A DNA stretch of 64,000 bases from Octopus sinensis (lineage: Eukaryota): the NCBI RefSeq assembly GCF_006345805.1, contig NC_043008.1, forward strand, positions 57,908,001 through 57,972,000. Direction: 5' to 3'. Each line of letters begins with the position of its first letter. The first letter of the stretch is position 1. The notes under the pieces were generated by a model. The model saw nothing but the letters and a program-made list of their open reading frames with translations. It searched no databases and had not been told where the DNA came from. Shown in pieces: positions 53,368 to 64,000 of the stretch. The translations under genes and the position numbers were made by a program.

Positions 53368-54543
53368 GTCATTGTTGTCAACATAATTAACATTTGCTTT
53401 GATATCTTCATAAGTATATTTCATTACCAGCCTTTCATCCCACATTCTTATCAACATCGGCACCACCACCACAACCACTACCATCTCCACCACCACCACC
53501 ATCATCACTATCCACCACCACCATCGGCACCAACACCATCATCACCACCATCATCCACCACAATCCTCCACCACCACCACCACCACAACTACTACCACCT
53601 CCACCACCACCACCACTACCACTACCACCTCTATCACCACCATCATCACTATCCTCCACCACCACCATCATCACCGTCCACCACCACCACCACCACCATC
53701 ATCACCACCATCATCCACCACCATCCTCCACCACTACCACTACCACTACCACCTCCACCACCACCATCATCACCGTCCACCACCACCACCATCGTCACCA
53801 CCACTATCCACCACCATCCTCCACCACCACCGTCTACCACCTCCACCACAACCACCTATATCACCATCCTCCACCACCGCTACCACCACCACCACCACCA
53901 CCACCGTCTACCACCGTCCACCACCACCACCGTACACCACCGTACACCACCACCACCATTATACCCCTTTCCTCCCCTTCCTCCTCCTCCTCCTCATCAT
54001 CATCATTGCCATGATTGCAGTTGTTGTTATCACCGTTGTCATTTTTATCATCATAATTATAATCCCCTTTCTCATCATAATTACATCCTTCCTCCCGTCG
54101 TCGCCACTCTCCTCCACTCAAGTTTGGCTACAGTTCTGCCATGCCTGTAGGGATTACACGGATCTCTAACACACGCTGCCGTCACTCCATTTGTATGTTG
54201 TTCATCTTGTTGCCATGCTTACTGATTTATTGACTCTAAGTGGATGCAGAGCTGAATTTGAATAACTTCTCCAACTCTTTGCAGCATAGCAGTAAAAGAC
54301 AAAAAACAAAAAAAAAACAGAAACAAAAAAAAAAGCTAACTGTAAAAAAATAAACAAAACCTAACAGGAAAACAAAAAACACAAGGTGTGAATCTTTGAT
54401 CATGATGATGATGATGATGGTGAGTATACTGATGAGGATGCTGCTGTTGCTGATGACGACAACGACGATGCTGCTGCTGATGATGATGATGACGATGATG
54501 ATGATGATGACAATAATGATGGCGTTGATGGTGGTGGTAGTGG

Positions 54544-54581
<38 letters not shown>

Positions 54582-54603
54582 TTGATGGTGGTGGTGATAA
54601 TGA

Positions 54604-54635
<32 letters not shown>

Positions 54636-54709
54636 ATGATGATGTTGGGGACGATGTTGGTGATATGATAACGATGATGATGGTAGTGATGATGATATTA
54701 GTGATTACA

Positions 54710-54745
<36 letters not shown>

Positions 54746-54870
54746 ATGGTGATGATGACGATGGTGATAGTGATGTTGCTGCTGCTGCTGCTGATGATGA
54801 TATTGGTGCTGACAATGATGACAATAATGTTGGTAGTGATGATGATGGTGATGATGATGGTGATGATAGA
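51960..54870. repeat. Cluster of (GAT)n, (CAT)n and (CAC)n arrays
   Basis: 51960-52395, 53170-53380, 53455-54010, 54398-54868; source of the longest pseudo-ORFs (for example 53083-54150). Confidence 0.9.
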
Positions 54871-55391
54871 TATAGAAGAGTTTCAAAACTGTCAGGAATA
54901 ATTGCAGCAGAATGGTGTTTGAGGGATGGTTTGGTGTGGTGTGGCGTGGTGAGAACGGCATGTTGGTGTACAGATGGTGGAGACTGGGATGTAAGGGTGG
55001 TGATGGATTGCATGAAGATAGCATTAACTCATTACTCGATAAAGCATTGAAATGTTTCTCGGTTAAAAAAGCGGGCCACTGTTTACTCTCAACTTTTCAT
55101 TGTAGACCTCGGGACATTATATCCTTAAAAAATTCCATGTTTCTTGAAATTCGCTAATGCTACACATGACATGCCTTTGCATGCTTTACATACTTTCTTC
55201 TTTATGGCTTTTTGTCTATTCACTTTTTTGTTTTTGTGGGATTTTTTCTGTTGTACCAAGTATGCATTTTTGGTTACCATTGCTGTCTTTTTTCTTGCTT
55301 GACTTTTATTGCTGATTTCTGTCCCCTCTTTTACTCTTTTCCTTTGAGATACAGTGTAGTTGAACACTGTATACATCATCATCATCATCAT

Positions 55392-55715
55392 CATCGTTTA
55401 GCGTCCGCTTTCCATGCTAGCATGGGTTGGACGGTTCAACTGGGGTCTGGGAAGCCAGAAGGCTGCACCAGGCCCAGTCTGATTGGCAATGTTTCTATGG
55501 CTGGATGCCCTTCTTAATGCCAACCATTCCGTGAGTGTAGTGGGTGCTTTTTATGTGCCAGACGAGGCTGGCAAATGGCCACGATCGGATGGTGCTTTTT
55601 ACGTGCCACCAGCACGAGGCCAGTCGGGGCGGCGCTGGCAACGGTCACGTTCGAATGGTTCTCTTATGTGCCACCAGCACTGGTATCACAGCTGCAATTT
55701 CCATTGATGTTGATC
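55392..55715 (-). mobile_element. SINE family C with internal ~60-bp repeats
   Basis: CGTTTAGCGTCCGCTTTCCATGCTAGCATGGG... and repeated GGTGCTTTTTACGTGCCAC units. Confidence 0.8.
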
Positions 55716-55749
55716 GATAATGAGTTCATTATTATTATGTCCTTTGAGT

Positions 55750-56378
55750 AAGGTGGTGAGCTGGCAGAATCGTTAGCATGCCGGACAAAATGCATTCCGA
55801 GTTCAAATGCCCACAGAGTTGACTTTGCTTTTCATCCTTTTGGGGGTTGATAAATAAGTACCAGTTGAGCACTGGGGTCGATGTAATCAACTTGCATCCT
55901 CCCTCACAATTGCCGGCCTTGTGCCAGAATTTGAAACCATTATTATATCTTTTTCTACTCTAGGAACAAGGTTCAAAATTTTGGAGGAGGGGGCCAGTCA
56001 ATTAAATTGACCCTAGTACACAACTGGTACTTAATTTATCGATCCCGAAAGGATGAAAGGTAAAATTGACCTCAGCGGAATTTGAACTCAGAATGTAAAG
56101 ACAGACGAAATACTACTAAGCATTTCGCCTGGCATGCTAACATTTCTTATTTCTTTACTACCCACAAGGGGCTAAACACAGAGGGGACAAACAAGGACAG
56201 ACAAACGGATTAAGTTGATTATATTGACCCCAGTGCGTAACTGGTACTTATTTCATCGACCCCGAAAGGATGAAAGGCAAAGTCGACCTTGGCGGAATTT
56301 GAACTCAGAATGTAGCAGCAGACAAAATACTGCTAAGCATTTCACTCGGCGTGCTAAAGTTTCTGCCAGTTCACTGCC
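55750..56378. mobile_element. SINE family B (+, 55750-55940) facing a double-body family-B copy (-, 55955-56378)
   Basis: Family-B domains in both orientations. Confidence 0.85.
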
Positions 56379-56414
56379 TTTATTTTATTATTGTATTATA
56401 TAACCATTATTATA

Positions 56415-56730
56415 TCATTTGAGAGATAAGCTCTGGAAAATGCTCACCACCTTCCTCCACTGCTCCATTGACCCAAATACTTGGGAGACAATTGCCAAAG
56501 ATTGTCCACAGTGGCAGCATGTGATCATCAAGGGAATGGATTGGATGGAAAATAACAGACATCCAGGAGCAAAGATCAGATGTCAAAGACGGAAAGAGCA
56601 ACACACACTTCCTCATCCACCACCAACCCTCCTCTGCATTAAATAACCCTAGCCTTGCCTGAACAGCCACCTTAGGCAATGGTACCCTTCATACTCAGCA
56701 GGATTAAGAGGCTTGATCACTTGCTACAGA
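56415..56730 (+). mobile_element. RTE-clade LINE C-terminal remnant
   Basis: HCSIDPNTWETIAKDCPQWQHVIIKGMDWMENNR...RRKEQ resembles the RTE ORF C-terminus. Confidence 0.7.
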
Positions 56731-56780
56731 TTAACTACTCAGATATGAGTTAATTCTGCCACCACTGATATCATTTATAT

Positions 56781-57292
<512 letters not shown>

Positions 57293-57322
57293 ATATGTAG
57301 CAGTGACTCGATCAATTCCTAG

Positions 57323-57369
57323 TGATATCTGAAGAAGGAATTTTTATATTCCGAAATATTTTTATATCA
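57323..57369 (+). ncRNA. Minimal type I hammerhead fold with intact CUGAAGA/GAAA core and poor cleavage site
   Basis: UGAUAU-CUGAAGA-A-GGAAU(UUUUAU)AUUCC-GAAA-UAUUUUU-AUAUCA: stem I 6 bp, stem II 5 bp; the triplet would be UUU. Confidence 0.65.
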
Positions 57370-58246
57370 GACTATGAATAATTAAATTATAACAGTTATT
57401 ATAGTCCACTCTATATTGTCGTGCTATTCAAGACACTTTATATTTCACAAACAATACACAATGCTTCAAGTGAACCACAATACTCTTTTATGTATGTGTG
57501 TATGTTTGTAGTATAAGATATGGGTTCACAGAATTGTGTGGCTATCTTTTATATCCTTCTATACGTTGGATATACGGATTTCATGAAGCAGGGATAGACA
57601 CAACTGTCTTCACACAACATACGTCAAACTACTCCACTAACCATGATACTCTAATAAATACAAATTCTCAACGATCTCAATGACTTCCTAAAACTTCCAT
57701 GTACTTTCAACGATTCCTTCGACTCTCCTTGTCTCAGCCAATACACTACTCTTTATAAGAGTTCAGCTAGTCCATTCTTCCAATCCCACAGGGGGAAGGG
57801 TCAATGATTCTGGTCACAACACTATCACTGAAAGCTCTTCTAATGGACTTGGCTATCAGATCACATGGTAATCTACTACAGAGAAGTAGAGCTTCTTTTA
57901 GTTTCCATCTGCCAAATCCACTCACAAAGCTTTGGTATGTCTGAGGCTAGAGTAGAAGACAGTTGCCCAAGGTGTCACACAATGGGACTAAGTCAGGTGG
58001 TTGTTGGGAAGCAAGCTTCTTACCATATGCATGTGTATGTATATATATATATATATATATATCATCATCATCGTTTAACGTCCACTTTCCATGCTAGCAT
58101 GGGAGGTTGGACGATTTGACTGAGGACTGGTGAACCAGATGGCTGTGCTAGGCTCCAGTCTGATCTGGCAGAGTTTCTACAGCTGGATGCCCTTCCTAAT
58201 GCCAACCACTCCCAGAGTGTAGGCAACCACTCACTCCGAGAGTGTA

Positions 58247-58302
<56 letters not shown>

Positions 58303-58305
<3 letters not shown>

Positions 58306-58616
58306 ACAGTGTACATTTAAACACACAAGGGGCATCCATCATAGGATTCCTTGCACGCTAGAGAGAACAGTTAAATTCCAAACTAATATTAGGGATAAAA
58401 TTTCAAAGGGAATGAAAAATAAAAACATTTACCATCTAACTCCTGAACCAATGGTTTCAGACTTTTTTGGGTCCAGGAGTTAGATGGTAAATGTTTTTAT
58501 TTTTCATTCCCTTCAAAATTTTATCCCTAATAGTGGTTTGGAAATTAACTGTCCTCTCTAGCGTGCAAGGAGTCCTATGATGGATGCCGCTTGTGTGTTT
58601 AAACGTACACTGTATT
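58303..58616. repeat. Long palindrome, about 147-bp arms, 20-nt loop
   Basis: 58303-58449 versus 58470-58616, near reverse complements. Confidence 0.9.
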
Positions 58617-59191
58617 TGTATGAATAATATATAGTCTATTGACTAGTTTTTCTATATGCTAGGCCACTGGTAATGGAAATTCCAAATATTTCTGATTACC
58701 CTTTGATATATTAATATATATATATATAATATATATATATATATATTTACACACACACTATGTCAAGGTAAGATCCAAAGAACACAAAACCATTCCCTTA
58801 GCTAGCTTCAATAATAATACCAAATTTCCCTCTACTTTTCCCCCTCTACTTTCCCTTTCCATATTCTTATTCTTTTCCTTTACAAGTTTGGACATTTACC
58901 CACACCCATATATTACACCTTCATTAATATACTTTTCTTCTCAATCTCTATGCTTTCCATGCATTTTCAATTGAATCTCCTGCGGGTCTACATGGGATCC
59001 CTTGATGACAATGTAAACTTCAGGGGGTACTGGCATCGGCCACATTCAGATGGTGCTTTTTACGTGTCACAGGCACAGGAACCAGTCAGGCGGACCTGGC
59101 ATCAACCACGTTCAAATGGTGCTTTTTACATGCCAACAGCATGAGGGCCAGTCAGGCAGCCCTGGTGTTGATCACTTCTTTTGATTAAGGT

Positions 59192-59287
59192 ATATTTGGC
59201 CTGATGAGTAGTTGGTGGATTACCCCTTGTTTGGATTATTTATTACTTCCAAGGTTCTGCTAGCTATGAAACATATGTAGTCTGTAT
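59192..59287 (+). ncRNA. Type I hammerhead ribozyme with extended stem II and intact core
   Basis: CUGAUGA 59201-59207; stem II GUAGUUGG/CUAGCUAU (8 bp, three G-U plus one U-G) closing a 44-nt loop; GAAA 59268-59271; stem III AC(AUAU)GU; GUA 59277-59279; stem I GGC/GUC plus AUA/UAU. Confidence 0.65.
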
Positions 59288-59361
59288 TTTATCTACTCCA
59301 CTCTTAATTTTGGATACATACATATACATATATATTTATATATATATATAAATATGTATGT

Positions 59362-59392
<31 letters not shown>

Positions 59393-59394
59393 TT

Positions 59395-59895
59395 ACAGGC
59401 ACAGGAACCAGTCAGGCGGACCTGGCATCAACCACGTTCAAATGGTGCTTTTTACATGCCAACAGCACGAGGGCCAGTCAGGCAGCCCTGGTGTTGATCA
59501 CATTCGGATAGTGCTTTTTACGTGCCACTGACACGGGACCCAGTCAATGGGTACTAGCATCGGCCACATTCAGATGCTGCTTTTTACCTGCCACCAGCAC
59601 ATATCGTCATTCGTTCATTAATGTCCACTTGCCATGCTAGCATGGGTTAGACGCATCACTGAGGGCTGGCGAACCAGATGGCTGCATCAGGCTTCAATCT
59701 TGATCTGGCAGAGTTTCTACAGCTGGATGCCCTTCCTAACACCAACCACTCCGGGTGTGTAGTGGGTGCTTTTACGTGCCACCAGCATGGGGCCAGTCAG
59801 GTAACGACCTCGCACGAATCTTTGCCAGTACCGCCTGATATATATATATGTCGTGCATTGTCGTGCAGCTACTGTTTACACCTCATTCAGAGATT

Positions 59896-59938
<43 letters not shown>

Positions 59939-60371
59939 ATATAGATTCGTGCGAGGTCGTTACCTGACTGGCCCCATGCTGGTGGCACGTAAAAGCACCC
60001 ACTACACACTCGGAGTGGTTGGTGTTAGGAAGGGCATCCAGCTGTAGAAACTCTGCCAGATCAAGATTGAAGCCTGATGCAGCCATCTGGTTCGCCAGCC
60101 CTCAGTGATGCGTCTAACCCATGCTAGCATGGCAAGTGGACATTAAATGAAACGAATGACGATATGTGCTGGTGGCAGGTAAAAAGCAGCATCTGAATGT
60201 GGCCGATGCTAGTACCCATTGACTGGGTCCTGTGTCAGTGGCACGTAAAAAGCACTATCCGAATGTGATCAACACCAGGGCTGCCTGACTGGCCCTCGTG
60301 CTGTTGGCATGTAAAAAGCACCATTTGAACGTGGTTGATGCCAGGTCCGCCTGACTGGTTCCTGTGCCTGT
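59395..60371. repeat. Near-identical inverted repeat, about 427-bp arms, 121-bp spacer
   Basis: 59395-59821 versus 59943-60371; I saw only about 2 substitutions and 2 small indels. Confidence 0.9.
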
Positions 60372-60677
60372 GGCACGTAAAAAGCACCATCTGAACGTGG
60401 CTGATGTTAGTACCCCCTGACTGGCTCCTGTGCTGGTGGCATGTAACAAGCACCATCTGATTGTGGCCAATGCCAGTACCCTCAGACTGGCTCCTGTGCC
60501 GGTGGCACGTAAAAAGCACCCACTACACTTTCAGACTGGTTGGTGTTTGGAAGGGCATGTAGCTGTAGAAACACTGCCAGATCAGATTGGAGCCTGGTGC
60601 AGCTGCTGGCTTTCCAGACCTCAGTCAGACCATCCAACCCATGCCAGCATGGAAAACGATGTTAAACGATGATGATA

Positions 60678-60725
<48 letters not shown>

Positions 60726-60849
60726 GTGATGGTGATGATGGCGGTGGTGGTGGGGATGCAATTCTATAAAATATCCCGATAAAAGCAAGAATAAAAAAAG
60801 AATTTGTGTTGCAAGAGAATGGATGGATCAAATGGAGCAGGAGGGAAAG

Positions 60850-60897
60850 TGTTGCTGAAGAGGTCACAGATGTGTGACGAAAGATTTCCGGACAATG
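60850..60897 (+). ncRNA. Degenerate hammerhead-like fold
   Basis: GUUG-CUGAAGA-G-GUCAC(AGAUGU)GUGAC-GAAA...CAAU; stem III and the NUH site are broken. Confidence 0.4.
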
Positions 60898-61494
60898 AAC
60901 ATCAGTTAAAATAAGAACAAGTAATAAACAAGTGAAGAACGAATATATGGTGTGTGTGTTTATTTGGCAAGAAGAAAAAAAGAATGACCATCCGGAAATA
61001 TAACAGAAGGAAAATAAAAAAAATTCCTATCAAAGAGAATTGGATTCCTGTGTTTGTTTTTCTTATATCGACTGTTTTACTACATTAAATGGAAACCAGT
61101 AGCATTAACAAAAAAAAAAAAATGCAGAACAAAATGAAAAGACCCCAAAACCTAAAACCCATTTAAGTTATGTCCCTTCGTTTTCACATTTGTGATAGAA
61201 TTTTGAAGGTTAAATGTATGTGCTTCCTTCCTTCCTTCCTTCCCTTCTTTCTTTCTTTCATTCTTTCTTTCTTTTTCTTACTTCATTCCATTGCTCATTC
61301 CTTTGTTTCTTTTCTCTTTCTTTCTCTATTTCTTTCCCCCTCTTTCTTCCTCTATTTCTTTCCCTCTCTTTCTTCCTCTATTTCTTTCCCCTCTCTTTCT
61401 TCCTTCTTTCCTTCCTACCTTCCTTCCTTCCTTCCTTTTTTCCTTCCTTTCTTTTCTCTCCGTCTCTTTGCACTTGCAAACACACATGATGTCA

Positions 61495-61850
61495 TCAAAG
61501 TTTTTACCGAATCCACAGTATTCCGACAATTTATACTGAAAAAGCTACCGAGAATTATCAAGTTTCTCTGACCCTCTGGTCTCTTTTATGAAACTGGAAT
61601 CTCTTAGCAATGACAGAAAGCTTCGGATTAAAATGATCCTTCAGTAATCTTACCAGATTATCTTATATTCCTCCTCTGGTTTTTCAGTAAATCTGCTTAA
61701 CAAAGAAAACCTGCGAACTCCAAGAAAAGATAAAAGACTAGGAACTTGCTTTCCTTCAGCAGTATCATTACACATAAAACATGGCGTCAACATTTCCTGT
61801 AGACATTCCAACTTTTATTGGTAGAATCAAAAGAAACTTTCCCCACCTCC
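61495..61850 (-). mobile_element. Ty3/Gypsy gag relic
   Basis: Frameshifted minus-strand remnants GKVSFDSTNKSWNVY..., KQVPSLLSFLG, LLKDHFNPKLSVIAKRFQFHKRDQ and LSEYCGFG match the Gypsy gag pattern HFNPK.SVIAERF.F.KR.Q. Confidence 0.7.
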
Positions 61851-62148
61851 TACTTTTTCATGATTTTCATTGATCTTTGGCTGAGATCAAACTGTTCTCA
61901 TCATCAATTTTTCTCATTACTCTTTTGAACTGCTTTATAAACTTTTACGCAGGAGAGTTACAATTTATAGGGAAGTAACTGCAGAAGTTGTGGTAATGGG
62001 AGAGATGGGGGCTCAAACTAAATGACAAATGGGCTGAATTAAGTATCAGATACCTTATTCCTAAGTTTGACCTAATTACCATTTCCTCAATTTTTCTTGT
62101 TTTCTACTCAGATACTTCCCATCATCAAATTAAAATATGTTTGTTGTA

Positions 62149-63438
62149 TCAGGTCATTAAGAATGAAGTGTCCAATTTTCTTATGCAACAAATTTGACAT
62201 TCGTTAACTCTAATGCTTTATTCTGACAATTCTTTGTTTTACAACATTGAAGTGTTACAGCATCAGTTTTTGAAATGCAATTCATGGTGTCTGATTATAT
62301 TGTTTGTTTTCTCTTGTGAATCAATTTTTGCAAACCCATGGATAGATAAAAAGAATCTGTGCTGTTTATGAATATGAGATCTCTCATGGAACCAATGCAT
62401 CCCAGACAGCTTGAAACATCAGTGAGGTGTTTGGTGAAGATGTGGCGAATGAGCGCACTGTATGTCGATGGTTTGAGTAGTTCCGGTCTGGTGACTGTAC
62501 TCTTGAAAAATCAGCCCTGTGGTAAACCTGAGACCAAGGTGGATAATGATGAGCTGGAAACTGTAGTGGAAGCAGGTACATCACAAACTATGCGTGAGTT
62601 AGCAAGTAAGGTTTGATGTCTCAATTCCAACTGTATTGGACCATCTGAAACAAATTGGTATGGTAAAGAAACTGGACAAGTAGGTACCACATGAACTGAA
62701 TGAGTATCAAATGACACGTCATCTTGATATTTTCTGTTCTTTGCTGTCACGGCATAAAAGCAAACCATTTTTGCATCATATTGTTACGTGTGATGAAAAA
62801 TAGATTCTTTTCAACAATAAAAAGTATTCTGCATGGTTGTTGGATAGAGGTGAAGTACCAAAACACAATCCAAAAAAGAATATTCACCTAAAAAAAGCTA
62901 ATGGTGTCTGTTTGGTGGTCCATTGCTGGTGTCATCCACCACAGCTTCATGAGACCTGGTAAGTCAATTATAGTGGATGTATACATCAACCAAGTGGATG
63001 AAATGATGAGTGAATTTGCAAATAAACAACCAAAATTGGTCAATAGAGACATGCCAATTCTCTTGCAAGACAATGCTTGACCACATGTTGCACAAAGAAC
63101 ATAACTCAATTTACAGTAACTGAACTTGGAAGTACTTTGTCATTCACCATATTTACCAGACCTTGTACCAACTGACTAACATGTTTTCCAGGCATTAGAA
63201 AACGTTTTGCAAGGGAAAAACTTTAAATCTGAAGAAGATGAGAAAACAGTCTTTCGTGATTTCATCACCTCTTGCTCTCCACAATTCTTCGCTGCCATAT
63301 AAATAAGCTACCGATAAAATGGCAAAGTTGTGTCGATAATTTAGGTGCAATACTTTGATTAACTGCATTGCTTTTTGTTGAGATAAAGTAAAACAAACTT
63401 TCAGTTCAAAATTGGACATTTCATTCTTAATGACCTGA
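62149..63438 (+). mobile_element. Full-length (1290 bp) decayed mariner transposon
   Basis: TA|TCAGGTCATTAAGAATGAAGTGTCCAATTTT ... AAAATTGGACATTTCATTCTTAATGACCTGA|TA; remnants VPHEL, TCDEK*, LQDNA*PH, HSPYLPDLVPTD*; multiple stops and frameshifts. Confidence 0.95.
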
Positions 63439-64000
63439 TAACTTGTTACACAGCTTGTGTCATCTAATTGCATTACAATTTTCTACAGATGTACAACATT
63501 CTTTTAAGCTTTGCACCAAAATATGGAAAGAAAACCCCTAAAAAAAAACCCCAAAAAACGAGTGCATCTATGTGGCTTCGCAACTACATGGTTATAGGTT
63601 TAGTACCACTGTGTGACACCTTGGGTAAGTGAATTCTACTATATCCTTGGGCTCACCGAAGCCTTGTGAGTGAGTTTGGTAGATGGAAACTGAAAGAAGC
63701 CTTTCATATATATATATAATATATATATGTATATATATTATCACTGTATGTGACTAGGGTGTTAAAAAAACATCTACATTGCTAGAAATAAGAGCTACTG
63801 AGGTATGGCCCTAGGAGAATAAAGTTACAAATTAGGTATTGAATGGGGTCTAGTGATGCCTGTCTACCATTCATGGCAAGGTGAAGCTGCCAGATACCAA
63901 AGATACTCCCTCTATTCAGAGCTGCCTGCATACCCTGATATGGATATATTACAAATATAATACATGTATACTACATAAATAATATAATATATATGATTAA

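Larger units (their letters stand above)
59020..60725. mobile_element. Rearranged cluster of SINE family C sequence
   Basis: Minus-oriented 59020-59820 and plus-oriented 59943-60665, ending GTTAAACGATGAT(GAT)n; internal ~60-bp repeats containing GGCACGTAAAAAGCACCAT. Confidence 0.85.

Noticed and set aside
57738-57867. Candidate arrestin exon 2 (phase-1 acceptor, open frame ANTLLFIRVQLVH...)
   Set aside because: The peptide does not resemble the expected Arrestin_N continuation (G-x-A-x-V-x-W).
61688-61820. Candidate arrestin exon 2 (strong acceptor TTTTCAG)
   Set aside because: The peptide is not arrestin-like, and the region is better explained as antisense Gypsy gag.
62149-63438. Mariner as an active or domesticated transposase gene
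   Set aside because: Stops next to the catalytic motifs and several frameshifts.

Overview
AT-rich, microsatellite-saturated metazoan DNA. The SINE, LINE and DNA-transposon families and the TTAGGG-type repeats are most consistent with an Octopus-like cephalopod genome (inference, not database-checked). The only protein-coding sequence I can support is the first coding exon of an alpha-arrestin (ARRDC-like) gene at 36021-36138 (+); no second exon is recognisable before the window ends. A CpG-rich, housekeeping-promoter-like patch lies at about 240-730. The rest is repeats: four tRNA/RTE-type SINE families, RTE and CR1 LINE remnants, a full-length decayed mariner, hAT, piggyBac and pogo-type MITEs, three non-autonomous Helitrons, a foldback (Merlin/MULE-like) family carrying telomere-like repeats, a Gypsy gag relic and several long palindromes. 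The most notable signal is a set of hammerhead-ribozyme folds found by hand. Two have a complete core and a GUA site (19569-19622; 59192-59287), one has an intact core but a poor cleavage site (57323-57369), and three are variant or degenerate (15193-15227, 19914-19950, 60850-60897). They probably derive from Penelope-like elements. Almost all ORFs in the supplied track are translations of simple repeats. Coordinates were counted by eye and repeat boundaries are approximate.
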